A stretch of 63,648 bases of DNA from Bacteroidota bacterium (lineage in GTDB: Bacteria; Bacteroidota; Bacteroidia; NS11-12g; UBA955). Of this stretch, positions 20,857-30,600 are shown one piece after another. Numbering within the stretch: position 1 is the first letter of the stretch; each line of letters opens with the position of its first letter. The notes beneath the pieces were generated by a model. It did not search any database. It saw only the letters and a program-made list of their open reading frames with translations, and had not been told where the DNA came from. The position numbers and the translations under genes are program-made. The stretch lies in NCBI GenBank assembly GCA_013205405.1, contig JABMMZ010000099.1, positions 1-63,648 on the forward strand. The letters run 5' to 3'.

Positions 20857-20893
20857 TTTTTAAAAGTATAAATGATACCTAGTTTTTAAAATA

Positions 20894-23800
20894 TTAACGT
20901 TGTTTTTTCATATCACGTTCTTGTTTTCTTCTATCGGCTCTGCTCAATACTCTATCATCACCACCACTATTACCACCCATAAAGTCCGAATTTCCAGTAA
21001 TTTGTGGCATAGCACCACTCATATCGTCATTTCTGGTAAGTTTCATTTTGCTCATATCGGTTTTTTGTGGTTGGGCAGCTTGTTTTACTTGCTTATTATT
21101 TTCGGTTGCTATTTGGGCTTTGAATAATAAAGCTAAAATACGCTCATTCATTCTAGCCAACATTTGTGCATATAGTTTAAATGATTCTATTTTATAAATC
21201 AATAAAGGATCTTTTTGCTCAAAAGTAGCATTATTAGCCGATTGTTTTAATTCATCTAATTCTCTTAAATGGTCTTTCCATTCATCATCTAAAGTTTCTA
21301 AACAAATACTTTTTTCGTACTCTATAGTTAAAGCTTCACCTTTGGTTTCTACCGCTTTTTTCAAATTAATAGGAATACCAAAACTCTTAATTCCATCGCT
21401 AAACGGTACCATTACAAACTCTATTTTATCGCCATCTGTAGCTTGTATTTTATTTAATACAGGCATAGCAGTATCTCTTAATAGGGTTTGACGTTTGGCA
21501 TATTCGTCTTGCAAAGTATCAAATAATATATCTGCTAATACCTCTGGTTTTTGAGATTTAAACTGATCAGAAGTAAATGGCGGCTCTATGGCAAAAGCCA
21601 AAGCTAGTTCTAATGATAATCCTTCAAAATCTTCACCAATTTTAGCAGAATTAATTTTTTCATCACAAAAATCAGATAAAATATTTTGTAAATCTAAAGC
21701 TAATCTATCGCCAAAAAGCGCATTTCTTCTACGTTTGTAAATTACAGTACGTTGTTTATTCATTACATCATCGTATTCCAATAAACGCTTACGCATACCA
21801 AAGTTATTTTGCTCAACTTTTCTTTGGCTTCTTTCTATGGTTTTAGTCATCATACTGTGTTGAATAACTTCACCTTCTTTGTAACCAAATCTATCCATTA
21901 GTTTAGAAGCTTTATCACTTCCAAATTTACGCATCAAATCATCTTCTAAACTTACATAAAATAATGAAGAACCTGGGTCTCCTTGACGGCCGGCTCTACC
22001 TCTCAACTGTCTATCTACCCTTCTAGAGTCGTGTCTTTCTGTACCAATAATTGCTAGTCCACCTGCTTTTTTTACTTCATCGCCTATTTTTATATCGGTT
22101 CCTCTACCTGCCATATTGGTAGCTATTGTTACTGCACCCGGAAAACCTGCTTCGGCTACTATTTCAGCCTCGCGTTGGTTTTGTTTAGCATTCAAAACAT
22201 TGTGTTTTAAATTGCGTAATTTTAGCATTCTAGATAGTAATTCAGATATTTCTACAGAGGTAGTTCCTACCAATACTGGTCTGCCTTCTGCTGTTAATTT
22301 TACTATTTCATCTATTACTGCATTGTATTTTTCACGTTTGGTTTTATAGATTAAATCCTCCATATCCCTTCGGGCTATGGTTCTGTTGGTAGGTATTACT
22401 ACAACGTCTAATTTATAAATTTCCCAAAATTCGCCTGCTTCTGTTTCTGCTGTTCCTGTCATACCACAAAGTTTGTGGTACATTCTGAAAAAGTTTTGTA
22501 AAGTAATGGTTGCAAATGTTTGTGTAGCTGCTTCTACTTTTACATTTTCTTTGGCTTCGATGGCTTGGTGCAATCCATCGCTATATCTCCTACCTTCTAA
22601 CACACGTCCAGTTTGCTCATCTACTATTTTTACTTTGCCTTCGGATAAAATGTACTCCGTATCTTTTTCAAATAAAGTATAAGCTTTTAACAATTGACTT
22701 ATTGAATGTATCCTTTCAGATTTAATGGCAAAATTGCGCATCAATTCTTCTTTCTGTTTGATTTTTTCACCCGCTGCTAAATCACTTTTTTCTATCTCAG
22801 CTATTTCTGTTCCTACATCTGGAATAATAAAAAAATCGGTCTCTTCGCCACTTTGGGTAATCATTTCAATTCCTTTATCAGTAAGTTCTACCTGATTGTT
22901 TTTTTCATCAATATAAAAATACAATTCGGTATCTGCCTTAGGCATTTCACGTTGTTGATCCTGCAAGTAATAATTTTCTGTTTTTAGCAATAAGGCTTTC
23001 ATACCTTGCTCACCTAAAAATTTAATAATGGCTTTGTTTTTAGGCAAACCTCTATGCGCTCTGAATAATGCTAAGCCGCCTTGGCCTTCTTTTTCTCCAG
23101 TATTACCTGTTTGTATTAATTTTTTAGCTTCATTTAAAAAGCCATTCACCGCTTTCTTTTGAGCGTCAACTAATTTTTCTATTCTTGGTTTAAGAGCGGT
23201 ATACTCTTGTACATCGCCTCTAGGCACAGAACCTGATATAATTAAAGGGGTACGAGCATCATCAATTAATACCGAGTCCACCTCATCTACCATAGCAAAA
23301 TGGTGTTTGCGTTGTACCAATTCTTCTGGTGTATGGCTCATATTATCTCTTAAATAATCAAAACCAAATTCATTATTAGTACCATAAGTAATATCAGCTA
23401 GGTATGCTTTTCTTCGCTCATCGCTATTAGGGCGGTGGTAATCTATACAATCTACCGTTAAGCCATGAAATTGAAATAATGGACCATTCCACTCGCAATC
23501 TCTTCGTGCTAAGTAATCATTTACAGTTACGATATGCACACCTCTTCCCGCCAAAGCGTTTAAATAAGCGGGAAGGGTAGAAACCAATGTTTTTCCCTCA
23601 CCAGTTCCCATCTCGGCAATTTTGCCTTGGTGTAGCACCATGCCGCCAATTAGTTGTACATCATAATGCACCATATTCCATTTTACTAAACCGCCTGCTG
23701 CATCCCATTCATTTTTGTAGTATGCTTTATCGCCTTTTACACTTACAAAGTCTTTTTTAGCAGCCAGTTGTTTGTCTAACTCAGTAGCAGTAACTTCGAT

Positions 23801-24196
23801 TTCGGTATTTTCGCTTAAGCGTTTAGCTGTTTGTTTTATCACAGCAAAAGCTTCGGGTAATATTTCTAATAATATTTTTTCTAATGTTTTGTTACTATCT
23901 AATTCTAAAGCATCTATTTCAGAGTAAAGTTTATCTTTTTCTAAAATTTCGTCAACTGTTAATTCGGCTATTTTGGCCTTTAATTCTGCTACTTCATCAT
24001 CAAAGGCTTTTAAACCTTCTTTAATTCTGCTTTTAAATTCTAAGGTTTTGGATCTTAATTCATCATGTGTTAGTGAATTGTAGGCTTCAAAATTATTAGA
24101 AATGGCTGTAATTATTGGCGTTAGTAGTTTAACGTCTTTTTCGCTTTTACTACCACCTATTAGTTTGGTAATGCTTTTAAGGATACTGTTAATCAT
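20894..24196 (-). CDS. secA: Preprotein translocase subunit SecA
   Basis: EMGTGEGKT, VTVNDYLARRD, DEVDSVLID, NMAGRGTDI, RGRAGRQGDPG. Confidence 0.98.
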   Translation of the reverse strand: MINSILKSITKLIGGSKSEKDVKLLTPIITAISNNFEAYNSLTHDELRSKTLEFKSRIKEGLKAFDDEVAELKAKIAELTVDEILEKDKLYSEIDALELDSNKTLEKILLEILPEAFAVIKQTAKRLSENTEIEVTATELDKQLAAKKDFVSVKGDKAYYKNEWDAAGGLVKWNMVHYDVQLIGGMVLHQGKIAEMGTGEGKTLVSTLPAYLNALAGRGVHIVTVNDYLARRDCEWNGPLFQFHGLTVDCIDYHRPNSDERRKAYLADITYGTNNEFGFDYLRDNMSHTPEELVQRKHHFAMVDEVDSVLIDDARTPLIISGSVPRGDVQEYTALKPRIEKLVDAQKKAVNGFLNEAKKLIQTGNTGEKEGQGGLALFRAHRGLPKNKAIIKFLGEQGMKALLLKTENYYLQDQQREMPKADTELYFYIDEKNNQVELTDKGIEMITQSGEETDFFIIPDVGTEIAEIEKSDLAAGEKIKQKEELMRNFAIKSERIHSISQLLKAYTLFEKDTEYILSEGKVKIVDEQTGRVLEGRRYSDGLHQAIEAKENVKVEAATQTFATITLQNFFRMYHKLCGMTGTAETEAGEFWEIYKLDVVVIPTNRTIARRDMEDLIYKTKREKYNAVIDEIVKLTAEGRPVLVGTTSVEISELLSRMLKLRNLKHNVLNAKQNQREAEIVAEAGFPGAVTIATNMAGRGTDIKIGDEVKKAGGLAIIGTERHDSRRVDRQLRGRAGRQGDPGSSLFYVSLEDDLMRKFGSDKASKLMDRFGYKEGEVIQHSMMTKTIERSQRKVEQNNFGMRKRLLEYDDVMNKQRTVIYKRRRNALFGDRLALDLQNILSDFCDEKINSAKIGEDFEGLSLELALAFAIEPPFTSDQFKSQKPEVLADILFDTLQDEYAKRQTLLRDTAMPVLNKIQATDGDKIEFVMVPFSDGIKSFGIPINLKKAVETKGEALTIEYEKSICLETLDDEWKDHLRELDELKQSANNATFEQKDPLLIYKIESFKLYAQMLARMNERILALLFKAQIATENNKQVKQAAQPQKTDMSKMKLTRNDDMSGAMPQITGNSDFMGGNSGGDDRVLSRADRRKQERDMKKQR

Positions 24197-24256
24197 AAAG
24201 ATGCAAAGATATTATTTTAAATTTTGTATAAAAATGTTTATTTGGAAAACAATAAG

Positions 24257-24307
24257 CCAAACTTTATACCAAATTGAACAACTTAAAAATGGAGTGACAA
24301 TGTGGCA
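24257..24307 (-). promoter_or_regulatory. Putative sigma54-type promoter and palindromic site upstream of secA
   Basis: Minus strand TTGGTATAAAGTTTGG (24272-24257); TGACA-ATG-TGGCA 24295-24307. Confidence 0.45.
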
Positions 24308-24369
24308 TTGGAGAAAGAAATTTTTGATTTTTATATTTTAATCTAATTTACATTCAAAAAATTAAGGTT

Positions 24370-24463
24370 TAACTCCTTTGGAGTGGGGATTCATTTTAGC
24401 TTTTTATTAAGTTGTAACTCATATGGAGTAGGATAAAAAACTAAATCAACAACTCTTGGAGTA
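24370..24463. repeat. Three degenerate REP-like palindromes, AACTC(C)nnnGGAGT
   Basis: ACTCCTTTGGAGT 24372-24384, ACTCATATGGAGT 24417-24429, ACTCTTGGAGT 24452-24462. Confidence 0.6.
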
Positions 24464-24579
24464 ATTTGAAAAAGTACAGTTGTTTAGTTTAAGTTTGTAA
24501 TGTGATCCAAACCTCAATATCCTCCGATATACTTAGATAAGCAATATAAATAAGTTAAGTTTCCGACAAACTTCAACAT

Positions 24580-24617
24580 TAAAACAAATAACAATTAACT
24601 CAATAAACAATAACAAT
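24580..24617. repeat. Heptamer-periodic repeat sharing a 20-mer with 36247-36266
   Basis: TAAAACAAATAACAATTAAC identical at 24580-24599 and 36247-36266. Confidence 0.55.
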
Positions 24618-24624
24618 GCAACCC

Positions 24625-25560
24625 TTATTTATAAATCTTCACTTCCATTTTACCCGCTAGGTCTATTTTAGCTCTGTACATCCCTTCACTGTTAAAAGGC
24701 ATTTCAATATTTCCATTTTTATCTATGGCTATTAGGCCGCCTTCTCCACCTATTTTTACTAATTTTTGGTGTACTACAATATCGCAAGCTTGTTGTAATG
24801 TTAAACCCTTGTATGCTATTAAACAACTGATGTCGTAGGCAACCACACTGCGTAAAAATAATTCGCCATGCCCCGTGCAACTGATAGCGCAAGTTTCATT
24901 ATTGGCGTACGTGCCAGCCCCTATTACGGTCGAATCGCCTATTCTGCCAAATTTTTTATTGGTCATGCCGCCTGTACTGGTTGCAGCCGCTAGGTTACCT
25001 AAATTATCTAATGCCACAGCGCCCACAGTACCCATTTTATTTTGTGGTTTTTCGGTATGGTCTAGTTGGTAGTTTTCGGTATCTTTAATTTCTTGCCATT
25101 GGGCGTAACGGTGTTCGGTAAAAAAATACTCATCAGGCATTACTTCAAAACCTTGTTGCTTAGCAAATTCAAAAGCACCTTGAGTGGCCAACATGACATG
25201 TGCCGATTGTTCTTTAATAGCTTTAGCCAATAATACAGGGTTTTTAATGTTCGAAACACCACAAACCGCTCCTGCCATTAAATCTTTACCATCCATTATA
25301 GCTGCATCCATTTCGTGTTTACCAATATGGTTAAATACAGCACCTTTACCAGCATTGAATAAAGGATTATCCTCTAGCGCCATAACGGCAGCTAATACTG
25401 CATCGGTACTTGAGTCATTTTGTTTTAAAACTGCATAACCTGCTTTTAAAGCATTTTCTAATCCTGTTAAATACTCTTTTTCAAGCGATGGGGTTAATAA
25501 ATGAGGTGCAATAGTACCTGCACCTCCATGTATGGCTATGGCTATGGCTATGGGGTTCAT
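24625..25560 (-). CDS. iaaA: Isoaspartyl peptidase / L-asparaginase (Ntn hydrolase)
   Basis: IHGGAG, FNAGKG, GTVGAVA, TSTGG, RIGDS, TGHGE. Confidence 0.93.
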   Translation of the reverse strand: MNPIAIAIAIHGGAGTIAPHLLTPSLEKEYLTGLENALKAGYAVLKQNDSSTDAVLAAVMALEDNPLFNAGKGAVFNHIGKHEMDAAIMDGKDLMAGAVCGVSNIKNPVLLAKAIKEQSAHVMLATQGAFEFAKQQGFEVMPDEYFFTEHRYAQWQEIKDTENYQLDHTEKPQNKMGTVGAVALDNLGNLAAATSTGGMTNKKFGRIGDSTVIGAGTYANNETCAISCTGHGELFLRSVVAYDISCLIAYKGLTLQQACDIVVHQKLVKIGGEGGLIAIDKNGNIEMPFNSEGMYRAKIDLAGKMEVKIYK

Positions 25561-25577
25561 AATAAATGAGGGCAAAG

Positions 25578-26228
25578 TTACTCATTTATCAAATTAACAA
25601 CACCATTTAAAACAGGCTCAAAAGCATCTTTATTTTTGTATTTATATTTGAATATATTAAAATAGGTGCCATCAGAACAAGATGTTCCTTTATTCAATAC
25701 TTTTCCATTCGAGCCAATTTTAATGTTCTTAGATTCAAAAACTTTTACACCCCAACGGTCAAATCGTTAATTGTGTTGAATCAAAATTGCCTATAATATT
25801 GAAAGTTGATGTATCCTATTTACTTGGTGCAAAGACATTTCTTGGTGGCGTTAAAGTTTCAAAATAATTCTTAAAATCTTTGCAAACTGTATCTCCAAAA
25901 CCAAATACATTTTCGGCTTCTAAGTATACCCAATAAGTACCTAACAAATCTCTAAAATCTATACTTAAAACTTCCTCTTTGCTTATATTTGGTTTGTTTA
26001 TTATAAATTTTGAGTAGTTTTTTGTAATATCATAGGTATTGTAAAAACTCCAATTAAAAGTGGCGGCATACTTAGATGTATTAATAAATTTAAAAACAGG
26101 CGAAGCACTTTCATCTATTGTAAAATCAGCCTTGATACTGTCTTTTAATAATGAATAAGCATTGGTTTGTGATGAAAATTTTGTATAAAAACCATGATTA
26201 AACTAATTACAAAATACTTCAATTTCAT
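25578..26228 (-). pseudogene. Eroded PKD-like / T9SS type B C-terminal-domain protein; not in ORF track
   Basis: Manual translation: signal peptide, ADF...F.NTSKYAATFNW, NVFAP, DRWG.KVFES, DGTYF; frameshifts near 26177 and 25762, in-frame TAG at 25816-25818, usual GWNG reads GSNG. Confidence 0.75.
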
Positions 26229-26277
26229 TCTGTAAAAATAATTAATATTGGTTAAATTCTCTAAAAGTTTTTAATTG

Positions 26278-26434
26278 GAAGTTGTCTAAGGTTAATTTTA
26301 TAAAATCTATTATTCACTATTTTTATGAGAAACGAGGCATATTTTACAGGCATAGTGAACTAACTCTGTCGAAAAATATAACGAAGTTGCAGCCACAAAT
26401 AGCCATAATTATAAAATTAACCTTAGGCAACTTC
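26278..26434. mobile_element. MITE-like element with 26-bp terminal inverted repeats
   Basis: GAAGTTGTCTAAGGTTAATTTTATAA 26278-26303 vs TTATAAAATTAACCTTAGGCAACTTC 26409-26434 (25/26 match); no ORF inside. Confidence 0.75.
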
Positions 26435-26487
26435 TTTGATTAAATCTTTAGATAGCTTACTTTTGCAGAATAATATTACAGTATAAA

Positions 26488-27582
26488 ATGTCATCTCCTA
26501 AATTCCATACTTTAACCCTCAAAGATGTTAGAAAAGAAACATCTGATTGTATATCAGTGGCTTTCAATATTCCAGCTAATTTAAGCTCTGATTACGCCTA
26601 TTTGCAAGGACAATATATTACCATGCACAAACAGATTGACGGTGAGGAAGTAAGACGTTCTTACTCTGTTTGTAGCAGCCCTTTAGATGGCGAATTGCGT
26701 GTGGCTATAAAGCAAGTAGACAATGGAAAATTTTCTACTTATGCAAATAAAAACTTTAAAATTGGCGATGAAATAAAGGTAATGACCCCAATGGGAAATT
26801 TTTATACCGATTTAAATGCTCAAAATAAAAAACATTATGTGGCTTTTGCGGCAGGTAGCGGTATAACACCTATTTTGAGTATAATAAAAACAACTTTGGT
26901 AACAGAACCAAATAGTACTTTTACCCTAGTATACGGCAATAAAAATACGGGTTCTATTATGTTTTTAGAGGAAATAGAGGCTATTAAAAATAGACATATA
27001 GAACATTTTCAAGTATTTCATATTTTAAGCAGAGAAAGTGTAGATGTGCCTATTTTGAACGGACGTATAAATGATGATAAATGCCGTGAGCTTTTAAATA
27101 AAAAATTATTAGCAACAGGTAGTATAGATGAAATTTTTATATGCGGCCCAGAAGATATGATTATGTCGGTTAAAAATACAGCTATAGCTGCAGGAATAGA
27201 TAGTAAGCATATTCATTTTGAATTATTTACTTCGCCTACTCAAGCCGCAGCACAGCAGCCAAAAGCAGATGTCGGAAGTGCTTCGAACAATGGCCAAGCA
27301 ACATCAAAAGTACAAGTTAAAATAGATGGTATAACTTATAAAATAGATTTAGCCTATGGTGGGGATAGTATTTTAGATGCTGCTCTTAAAGCTGGTGCCG
27401 ATTTACCTTTTGCATGCAAAGGTGGTGTATGTTGTACTTGTAGAGCTAAAGTAACTTCAGGAACTGTAGATATGGATATGAATTTTGCCTTAGAGGATGA
27501 TGAAGTTGAAAAAGGCTATGTGCTTACTTGTCAAAGTCACCCTACTAGTGTTGAGGTTTTTGTTGACTTTGATTTGAAATAA
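26488..27582 (+). CDS. paaE: 1,2-phenylacetyl-CoA epoxidase reductase subunit
   Basis: RRSYS, AAGSGITP, FICGP, HFELF, 2Fe-2S motif ACKGGVCCTC...LTCQ. Confidence 0.9.
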   Translation: MSSPKFHTLTLKDVRKETSDCISVAFNIPANLSSDYAYLQGQYITMHKQIDGEEVRRSYSVCSSPLDGELRVAIKQVDNGKFSTYANKNFKIGDEIKVMTPMGNFYTDLNAQNKKHYVAFAAGSGITPILSIIKTTLVTEPNSTFTLVYGNKNTGSIMFLEEIEAIKNRHIEHFQVFHILSRESVDVPILNGRINDDKCRELLNKKLLATGSIDEIFICGPEDMIMSVKNTAIAAGIDSKHIHFELFTSPTQAAAQQPKADVGSASNNGQATSKVQVKIDGITYKIDLAYGGDSILDAALKAGADLPFACKGGVCCTCRAKVTSGTVDMDMNFALEDDEVEKGYVLTCQSHPTSVEVFVDFDLK

Positions 27583-27600
27583 TACTGTTTAATAAATATA

Positions 27601-27635
27601 AAAAAGCCCTGTAAATTAATTTATAGGGCTTTTTT
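27601..27635. terminator. Bidirectional intrinsic terminator
   Basis: AAAAAGCCCTGTAAAT-TA-ATTTATAGGGCTTTTTT between convergent genes. Confidence 0.85.
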
Positions 27636-27648
27636 AGGAATAATTTGT

Positions 27649-30600
27649 TTATTCTAGAATGTTAAAATTCTTATTTACAATACCTTCTTGGGTTTCTATT
27701 TTAGCAGTATAAATACCTTTAGATAAATCTTCAATAATGGTTTGGGTATTCAAAGCATTAATATTAGAAATAGTTTTTACAACTCTTCCGTTCATATCTA
27801 TAATAGTTATAGAATTAATGATGGATGAAGAGCTAAAGTTTAAAATATTGCTAGCTGGATTAGGATATACTTTTGTTTCAGCAATTAATTGCCCTTGATG
27901 TATACCAACACTTTCATTGTCAATAATATTTACTGTGTGAATACTATCTGGACCAATTATAGTGCCATAAGAATTACTATTTATTGCCCAAATAATTGTT
28001 TCTTGTAATTCCGATACAACATCATCTATTAATTTTATTTTTACTATTACACTAGGTTTGGCTGCAGTTAACAAAAATGTGCGTGTTAAGTTACTTTGAT
28101 AATCAACATTTCTGCCTGCTGTGCCACCTTTTATGCTTATGGTTATTTGTTGGTTGGATGTTAAATTAGCGCATTCCAAAACAAATCCAACTGAACTATC
28201 ATTATCCTCAATTGCTTTTGAGGTGGGTGTTTTAAAGCTAAAAGTGGGTGATACTAATGTTTCAATATCTGTTAATCTTCTTGGTATTATTTGATATCCA
28301 CTGGTAAAAGGTGAAGTAGCATCTGATTGTGAACCTAAACCTTTTAAATTAAAAAAGCCACTAGGAGCAGGTGTGCCATCAATATCTGTTTCGCTGTCAA
28401 TAAGCATATCAAATGTACTTATTTGATTAGCTACTTGAACCACTAACGATGTGTTAGCTGCCATTGCAATAGTAGGCCATTGAGATGCATTTACCAATCT
28501 TAATACATTCAATTTTATCAATTGAGATTCATTAGCTTCAATAATATCAGATACAATTAAAGCTTGTTTTAAATTTCTACTTGAGGCTAATTTGATAATA
28601 GTGTCTAGATTTTCGAATCTTGTTAAGCCTTCAAATTGAGTCACTTTTCCGCTTAATAAAACGCTATCACCTTCTGTTACAACATATCCTTTTCTGCCTG
28701 AATTAGAAAATACTTGAATACCTCCACTCGCATCTATTAATGTAAAAGATAACCCATTAGGAGTGCCAGTAGGTTTTAGATTGATGCCGTAAACTACACC
28801 TCTTACTTTGCATTTTACATTTAAACTATCTGCTATTCCAACTGTTTTTTCTGTAGTCAATTTAGCTAAAGTATATTCTGGTAAGTCATTATCTAAAATA
28901 GTAATTCTTAAAGTATCTGGCTTTCCTAATTGTGCATTTACAAATGGTGATAATACAAATATGGCTGTTTCGGTAGCTTCGCTAATATTATTATCCAAAA
29001 TAGGAATTGTTAAGGTAATACTATCAGGATCTGATGGATTCACTATAAATATTTGTGTGGTGGGATTGTAGGTTAAATCGCTACCCTCTGTGGTAGAAGA
29101 AGATGCTGATAAACGGATACCTATATCGGATTGAGTTAAATTTCTACCAGCTATGTTTACTCTTATTTTTACACTTCCTACATTTTCATTTACGGTAATT
29201 GCTTTTCTACTAAAAGAATATTTTGGTGGTGCATCATTGTCATTAATTACCAATACAAATGTAGAATCTGTGCCTGCAATGCCAGGGGCGTTAATAGTTC
29301 GTAAAGTTAAAATAATGGTATCAGGTCTGTCTTCAATTAACTTATCATTAACAATAGCTAATTTAAATTCCAAGCTGTCTACTGCTTTACCGCCAGGAAA
29401 TTGAACCGTGCTATCTCTGTAGCTTGAGCCAAATTTAAATTCTTGAGGTATTAAAGTACTATCTCCCTTGTATTTTACTAAAACTTTAACACTAGTAGCT
29501 GTAAATGCACCATTGTTTAATCTTATTTTTATTTTTATAGGCGCACTTGCTTCACTTAGTGTTATGCCCTTTTTATCAAAACTTACTTTAGGAATATCAT
29601 TGTTAATGATATTAATAGTATGTGTTGTTTGCGTTCCTATTAAGCCATTGAAAGAACTGGTAAGCTTTACTGCTATATCTTCGTTTGGTTCATTAAATAA
29701 ATCATCTTTTATAGTAACAGAAATGGTATCTATAACTTCTCCATATAATTTAAACTTTATTGTATTGTTAGAACTAATGGTATAATCTGCAGGATTAGAA
29801 GCACTACCCGCTACTACATTATAAGTAACCTTGGTAGTATCTGCATTGCCATATTTTCTTTTCACCAAAAGTTTTACAATTGTATTGGCTTCAGTAACGT
29901 TGGTTACATTGGTTACAAATTGTATATCTGGAAAGGCAAGAGGCGCAAAATCACTTGATATAAAGATTGGTTTTGTAGTTCCACCTTTAGGATTTTTTGT
30001 AGAATCAATGCCCCAAGTAGCATCTGTTTCTACATTAGAATTTACAATAAAATCATTTGTATAATCTCTAGATTCTACTCTTTTTATGCCATTGCTTAAT
30101 GAATTAGGAATAATGGTACCCCATGAGCCAGCAACGCCATTCACTTTGTTAGTATACCAATAAGGAGTATTTGAAATGGAAACACTTTCGCTCTCAAAAT
30201 AGGTGATAGCAATTGGTCTGGTACTTCCAGTGTTTATATCATCATATAATACTAAAATATTTTTATTTTTAGCAAATGAATTGCCGTATATGCCTGTACC
30301 ATTATTAGAGCCAGTACTTTTTGAAAATGTTAATACTTTTATCGAATCTGTTACATACCATTTTTTGGTAACGGGTGTACTAATAATCTCTTGAAATATA
30401 ATAGTAGGATAAAGGTGTTTTCCACCTGTAAATCTTGTATCATTGGTGCTAATACAACCAAACCATCCTTCGTATCCACCAGAACCACCAGTTGTAAATG
30501 TATCGTGGTTATTAGCGGTAAAACCTGGGCTAGTACTGTAGGTTATATTGCCATTCGCTTTAAAAAATATTGGATTGCCTGCACCTAAAGCGCTTGTATT

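Noticed and set aside
24370-24463. Possible CRISPR array
   Set aside because: Repeats are only 11-13 nt and divergent, with uneven spacing and no cas genes
25531-25553. TATGGC x3.8 tandem repeat at the 5' end of iaaA
   Set aside because: In-frame hexamer encoding IAIAIAI; cannot shift the frame and matches the normal first beta-strand
25816-25818. TAG read-through or alternative genetic code
   Set aside because: TAG terminates intact genes here (clpC, ruvC, thiL, paaC, maeB) and the same gene also has frameshifts
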